Shown here: positions 59,581-64,000 of the stretch, in pieces | Layout: each line of letters begins with the position of its first letter | Position numbering within the stretch: the first letter of the stretch is position 1 | NCBI GenBank assembly: GCA_038212275.1 | Contig: JBBQUR010000012.1 | Span: 64,001-128,000 of the forward strand | Origin: Planctomycetota bacterium | GTDB lineage: Bacteria; Planctomycetota; B15-G4 | Reading direction: 5' to 3' | Length of the DNA: 64,000 nt | Notes under the pieces: model-generated | Databases searched by the model: none | What the model was told of the DNA's origin: nothing | Seen by the model: only the letters and a program-made list of their open reading frames with translations | Program-made: the position numbers and the translations under genes

Positions 59581-60411
59581 TTACTCCGACAGGTAACTGC
59601 GCTCGATGCCGAGCACGATGCGCAGCCCGGTCGCGAGTCCACCGAGCGTGGCGCCGATGATGATCGCGCGCAGGCCCGCCTTGGTGACGTAGGTCATGAG
59701 AAAGGCCTGCGCGCGGCTGGCGTAGCCGCCAGTAAGTTCGTCGCCGATGGGGACTTGTCCGAGCATCACGATGCAGCCGGCGACCAGCAGGAGCGTGGCT
59801 TCGATCGACCGGGCGCGGAAGGCACGAAATGCCGCGGAGGCCACGTAGAACGCGAGCAGGCTGAACATCGTGGATTGCAGCGGGACGAAGAACTTGTTGT
59901 AGATCCAGAGCTTGAAGGTCGGCTCCGTGTCATTCGCGATCTCGGTGAGAAGGAAGGCCCTCGGTTCGAGCCCGGCGCCCGTGCGATATGTGGCGGTGAC
60001 TTGCGTGCGCTCGACCAGATACCCCTCGACCGAGCTGCCGTCGACGAAGGTGATCGTTCGTGCGGGCACCAGCAGCCGCAGCACGGAGGGAGGCAAGTCC
60101 TTGACATGGATCTCGGCAAGGCCGATCACGAGAAAGGCCGTCATGGAGACGAGCAGCACCGCCTTGTAGGCCCAGTCCTCATGCCGTGTCGCGATCTGCT
60201 TCAGGTTGATCCGGAAGAGGTTCGCGATTCCGAGAATGAACGCCACCGCGAACAGGATCTTTGCCCACTCGAGCAGTTCCGCGTTGACGGCCTGCCAGGG
60301 GGATGCCGGAACGGGGGGGATGGCAGTCGGATTCGAGGTCGGTGCGAAGAACGAGATCGTGATGAGCAGGCCGCACAGGACGGTGAGAAAAATGGGGATC
60401 TCGCGCTTCAC
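59581..60411 (-). CDS. Polytopic membrane protein with an inserted small beta domain
   Basis: About 6 TM segments; TMFSLLAFYVASAAFRAFR, RAIIIGATLG...LRIVLGIERSYL. Confidence 0.8.
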   Translation of the reverse strand: MKREIPIFLTVLCGLLITISFFAPTSNPTAIPPVPASPWQAVNAELLEWAKILFAVAFILGIANLFRINLKQIATRHEDWAYKAVLLVSMTAFLVIGLAEIHVKDLPPSVLRLLVPARTITFVDGSSVEGYLVERTQVTATYRTGAGLEPRAFLLTEIANDTEPTFKLWIYNKFFVPLQSTMFSLLAFYVASAAFRAFRARSIEATLLLVAGCIVMLGQVPIGDELTGGYASRAQAFLMTYVTKAGLRAIIIGATLGGLATGLRIVLGIERSYLSE

Positions 60412-60417
60412 CGCAGG

Positions 60418-61317
60418 TCAGCCGAACAGTCGTTGGTAGAGCGCGAACAACTCCGCAGCCGTGCCGGGGTGGCTGCTGTCGCTGATGGTGGCCGCGTCCA
60501 TTGCCGCGACGGTGGCGAGCCACACGCCGACGATGAAGAGTGCAGCGGCGAGCACCTTCGTGATGTCGCTCGCTCGAATCGTGCCTACGAGTCCCGGCTC
60601 GCGCGTCAGGTACGCGGTGACGGCGAAGTACTCCTCTCCCATGATCGTGTAGTCGCACGCGGCGACGAAGAACGGCAGCTGCTCGTACCGCGCCGTGCCT
60701 GCCAGCTGGATCGCGCCCGTGCCGTAGCCCGTCTCGGCGAGGATGAGCGACTCCGCGAAGAACATGCCCATCATCACGTTGGCCGCCGGCTTTTCGCGAT
60801 TCATGATGCCCGCGATGCCGGCGCAATACGCGAACTGCTCGTCGGAGAGGTAGCGCACGTTGTCCGGAATGAACGCGTCAGGGCGCCCTGCGTCGGCGCA
60901 GCCCTGCTTGACCGCCTCTTCCGCGAACGCGAGCACGACCGAGTTCTTGACCGGCACGATGATGGGTGTCCCGAACTCCGCCGCCTTGCGTGCGACGTGC
61001 CTCAGAATCATCATCGAATAGATCGTCTGGATCTCCTTGATCTCGTCCGTGCCCGGCACGTACAGCACCGGCCTGCCCATCTCGGTGGCGCGACCGATGG
61101 CCTCGTCCAGCGCGTCGAGTCCGTTGATGCGCCGGATCTCGATCTTCTCGCCGCGGCGCGCGCGCCGTTGCTGGAAGAACATGATCGCGCCGAACGCCAG
61201 GATGGCCACGAGCGTCGGCAGCTTGTTGGTGGCGACCCAGGGGCCGAGGTCAAGCGCCCGCTCGTTGAGCCAGCGAGTGATTGCTTCGACCCATGTCGCG
61301 CCGGAAGAAACATCCAT
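60418..61317 (-). CDS. DUF6754-like membrane protein
   Basis: IRRINGLDALDEAIGRATEMGRP, QFAY, AESLILAE.G, QLPFFVAACDY..MGEE, recalled as typical of this family. Confidence 0.7.
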   Translation of the reverse strand: MDVSSGATWVEAITRWLNERALDLGPWVATNKLPTLVAILAFGAIMFFQQRRARRGEKIEIRRINGLDALDEAIGRATEMGRPVLYVPGTDEIKEIQTIYSMMILRHVARKAAEFGTPIIVPVKNSVVLAFAEEAVKQGCADAGRPDAFIPDNVRYLSDEQFAYCAGIAGIMNREKPAANVMMGMFFAESLILAETGYGTGAIQLAGTARYEQLPFFVAACDYTIMGEEYFAVTAYLTREPGLVGTIRASDITKVLAAALFIVGVWLATVAAMDAATISDSSHPGTAAELFALYQRLFG

Positions 61318-62441
61318 CAGACGCGCTCGTCCACGAGTTCGACATTGGCGCGCGGGAGCGTGACCAGCTGTCCGCCCGGCAGCGTCACCGTGAGAATACG
61401 CACCTCGGCTTCGGTGTCCAGCTTGGCCGGCTCGGGTGGCAGGGCGGACACTTTGCCGATGGCGCCGAAATGCGGATCGCGAATGATGCGCACGACGCTC
61501 TGCAGCGCCAGGTTGCCGGTATCGACGGCAGTGACTTCGATGTGGCCAATGTCGGCGGGAATCAGCACTTCCGGGCGCAGCACCCCCGCGCGGATCTGCG
61601 TGGCGCCGCTCACGGAGGCAATGCGGCCTTCATTCGTCGAGAGCAGTCGATGCGTACGCGGCGACATGGCAAGCGGCCCGAATCCCTCGGTGACGACGAC
61701 CGTCAGGCCGACGGTCTCCTGGCCGGTGATCGCAACGCCAAGGTCGAAGCCGAGCAGTCCCTTGAGGTCGGCCGCGTCGATCCCGCCGGTGATGAGCGCC
61801 GCGGCGCCGACTTCGATACAGCGGCGCAGGACGGCGAGATCCGCGAGTGCACCACCGATGAGCACCATGCCGCGATGCTCGGCCACGATGTCGTCGGGCT
61901 GAATCGGACGAGTCGGGTCGGTGCAGGCCACCTTGACCTGCCCATGCACCTCCGGGCCGATGCCGAAGATTCCCTGCACCATGGTGCCGCGCGCCGTCAC
62001 TTCCACGCCGAATCCCTGCGTGACGCGGCTGATCCTGCCCGCGACGTAGGCTCTCACGTCGACAGGGACCGGCGCCTCGCGAAAGAGTGCCTGTCCGGAC
62101 ACCTTGCTCACGGACTCGAGCACTCCGGCGGCAGGTGCGAAGGCGGTCTGTTTCATCAGGCCGAAGATGCCCTTGCTTCGTGCCACCGGCTGCTCTTTCG
62201 TCACCGTGCTGCCCTCCTTGACGAGGAGCAGCTCCGGGACGTCAGCGGGCACAACGCCGAGCGTGCGTGAGAGCGCCAGGCTGACGACGTGACCAGGCAG
62301 CAGCGCGCGAGCCACCACGGTCTGTGGCTCTACCTGGTCCCCGACGCTTACCAGCACGTCGCCACGGATCGGCAGCAGGCGCGAGCGCACGTACTCCGCC
62401 GCAGCCGAAACCTTCAGTCTGGGAGTGTAGGCGTGGCCCAT
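61317..62441 (-). CDS. Soluble protein with two barrel-sandwich hybrid motifs and a C-terminal KOW-like domain
   Basis: VLVSVGDQV, LVKEGSTV..APAAG, GAAALITGG, VRIIRDPHFGAIGKV; RBS AGAGGAG. Confidence 0.75.
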   Translation of the reverse strand: MGHAYTPRLKVSAAAEYVRSRLLPIRGDVLVSVGDQVEPQTVVARALLPGHVVSLALSRTLGVVPADVPELLLVKEGSTVTKEQPVARSKGIFGLMKQTAFAPAAGVLESVSKVSGQALFREAPVPVDVRAYVAGRISRVTQGFGVEVTARGTMVQGIFGIGPEVHGQVKVACTDPTRPIQPDDIVAEHRGMVLIGGALADLAVLRRCIEVGAAALITGGIDAADLKGLLGFDLGVAITGQETVGLTVVVTEGFGPLAMSPRTHRLLSTNEGRIASVSGATQIRAGVLRPEVLIPADIGHIEVTAVDTGNLALQSVVRIIRDPHFGAIGKVSALPPEPAKLDTEAEVRILTVTLPGGQLVTLPRANVELVDERV

Positions 62442-62453
62442 GAGTGCTCCTCT

Positions 62454-64000
62454 TCAGGCGTCCGACGTGGCGCGTGGCGGCACGTGCGGGGCCACTGCCG
62501 TGAGTGAGGTCGCGGACGCCTGGCGTGCTCCCGGGTACAGGTCCAGGGCATCGATCCAGGCGTCGATGGCCGCGACGCGTGCCGCTGCGGCTTGCGGCAT
62601 GATGAGCGGGCGCCCGCGTCCGTCGAGGAGCAGGCCGACCTCTCCGCCCTCCAACTCCGTGTCGAGCGGCACGCCGGGACCCGCTCCCACGTCGATGCCG
62701 CGTGCGGGTTCAATGCGGCACGCGACCCGGACGCCGCCCGCCAGCGGGATCCGCCCCAGCGTGCCCGCACCGATCGACAGGACTCGCCGGCCCTCAGGGA
62801 AGTCGATGGAGAGACTCGCGAGCGGCCTTCCTCCCCTGGTCGTGCCGACCGGCGCGACGCACGTGCCGAGCATGATGAGGCAGTCGCGCTCGAAGACTGC
62901 GGTAGCCGCCTCGGGGTGCACGGTGGAGAGCACACCGAGCTGCGGCATCATGAAAATGCTGTCCACCGCAAGGCGCGTGACGCCAGCCGGTTCGAAAGAG
63001 TCCATGAGCATGAGAGCTGCCTGCACGCGACGCGGGGCGTGGCTCAGGACGCCGCCGCTGCCCACGAGCAGGTCCAGTCTCAGCATGTCGACGAGCGTGC
63101 TGCCGGAACCCTTCTGCGAGAAGGCCTCGGAGATGTCACGCGACTGGCGCAGGCCCTTCAACTCGGTCGCGAATTCCTTGTGCTGGATGAGCGACAACCG
63201 AAGCGCCTCGCGCGCGAGGGCCTGCTCGACCTGCAGATCGCGCAGCATCGACGGAATCGTGGTGGGGCGCACCATCTTGTTCTTGATGCGGTTGCGCAGC
63301 TCGCTCTCGTCGATGTCGAACGGGACCCAGCGCAGCACGTTCTCGAGCCCGGTCTGGGCGAGCACGTTGCTGATCGAGTAGCTCATTCCGTAGTTGGCGG
63401 AGACTGTGCGGTTGAAGACGCCGTGGAAGACGGAAAACACGTCCGTAGTGGCTCCGCCGATGTCGACGCCCAGGACCGAAATGCCGCGCTGTCTTGCGAT
63501 GGTCTGAATGATGAGGCCCACGGCGCCGGGCGTCGGCATGACGGGCGCCGAGGTCCAGGTCAGGAGCTTGTCGTAGCCGGGTGCCTGGGCCATGACGTGT
63601 TCCATGAACAGATCGTGGATCCGGTCGCGCGCCGGCGCGAGGTTTTCGTGCTCGAGCGTCGGTCGCAGGTTGTCCACTACCGACAATTCGGTCTTGGCGT
63701 CGAGCGCATCGCGCACCGCCTGCACGGCATCCCTGTTCCCGGCATAGACCACCGGCAGGCGGTAGCTGGCGCCAAGGCGCGGTTTGGGATCGGCCGCGCC
63801 GATGAGCTCGGCCAACTCCGCGACGTGGCTCACGGTGCCGCCGTCCACGCCGCCCGAGAGCAGGATCATGTCGGGACGAAGGTGGCGGATGCGCGCGATC
63901 TTCTCGTGCGGCTTGCGCGGGTCGTTGCTGCACAGCACGTCCATCACGATGGCGCCGGCGCCGAGAGCAGCCCGCTCGGCGGACTCGGCGGTCATCGTGC
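62454..64000 (-). CDS. GlmL/MutL-like ASKHA (actin-fold) ATPase, 5'-truncated
   Basis: ILLSGGVDGG, YAGN, NLRP, MPTP, VDIGGATTDVFS (phosphate-2), GSGGVLSH (adenosine). Confidence 0.85.
   Translation of the reverse strand, partial: TMTAESAERAALGAGAIVMDVLCSNDPRKPHEKIARIRHLRPDMILLSGGVDGGTVSHVAELAELIGAADPKPRLGASYRLPVVYAGNRDAVQAVRDALDAKTELSVVDNLRPTLEHENLAPARDRIHDLFMEHVMAQAPGYDKLLTWTSAPVMPTPGAVGLIIQTIARQRGISVLGVDIGGATTDVFSVFHGVFNRTVSANYGMSYSISNVLAQTGLENVLRWVPFDIDESELRNRIKNKMVRPTTIPSMLRDLQVEQALAREALRLSLIQHKEFATELKGLRQSRDISEAFSQKGSGSTLVDMLRLDLLVGSGGVLSHAPRRVQAALMLMDSFEPAGVTRLAVDSIFMMPQLGVLSTVHPEAATAVFERDCLIMLGTCVAPVGTTRGGRPLASLSIDFPEGRRVLSIGAGTLGRIPLAGGVRVACRIEPARGIDVGAGPGVPLDTELEGGEVGLLLDGRGRPLIMPQAAAARVAAIDAWIDALDLYPGARQASATSLTAVAPHVPPRATSDA

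Noticed and set aside
62454..64000. DNA mismatch-repair MutL, or a bona fide glutamate mutase operon
   Set aside because: Motifs are ASKHA rather than GHKL, and no B12-binding mutase subunits are in the window (the upstream region is not visible)

Overview
High-GC bacterial chromosomal segment. The Ser/Thr kinase, carboxypeptidase-regulatory-domain, HEAT and TPR proteins suggest Planctomycetota or a related lineage, but this is inference only. About 50 CDSs were called. No tRNA, rRNA, CRISPR array or IS element was recognised. Housekeeping genes include mqnE, mqnC, tag, glyQS, ptsI, xerC, pabB, a pabC-like gene, ispA and dxs. Two accessory systems stand out. (1) A divergent T2SS/type IV pilus-like cluster (13987-26630) has three GspG-type pilins, and its probable major pilin sits between a YfhO/GT-C-like membrane protein and a polyprenyl-phosphate glycosyltransferase, a candidate pilin-glycosylation module. 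(2) A tightly coupled six-gene operon (57749-64000, cut by the window edge) encodes a GlmL/MutL-like actin-fold ATPase, a barrel-sandwich/KOW protein, a DUF6754-like protein and three further membrane proteins, with no glutamate mutase subunits visible. This is the best candidate for an uncharacterised ATP-driven membrane machine. The window also shows frequent leaderless-type -10 motifs and many short tandem duplications at gene ends and in protein loops. All family assignments come from motifs recognised by eye; no database search was run.
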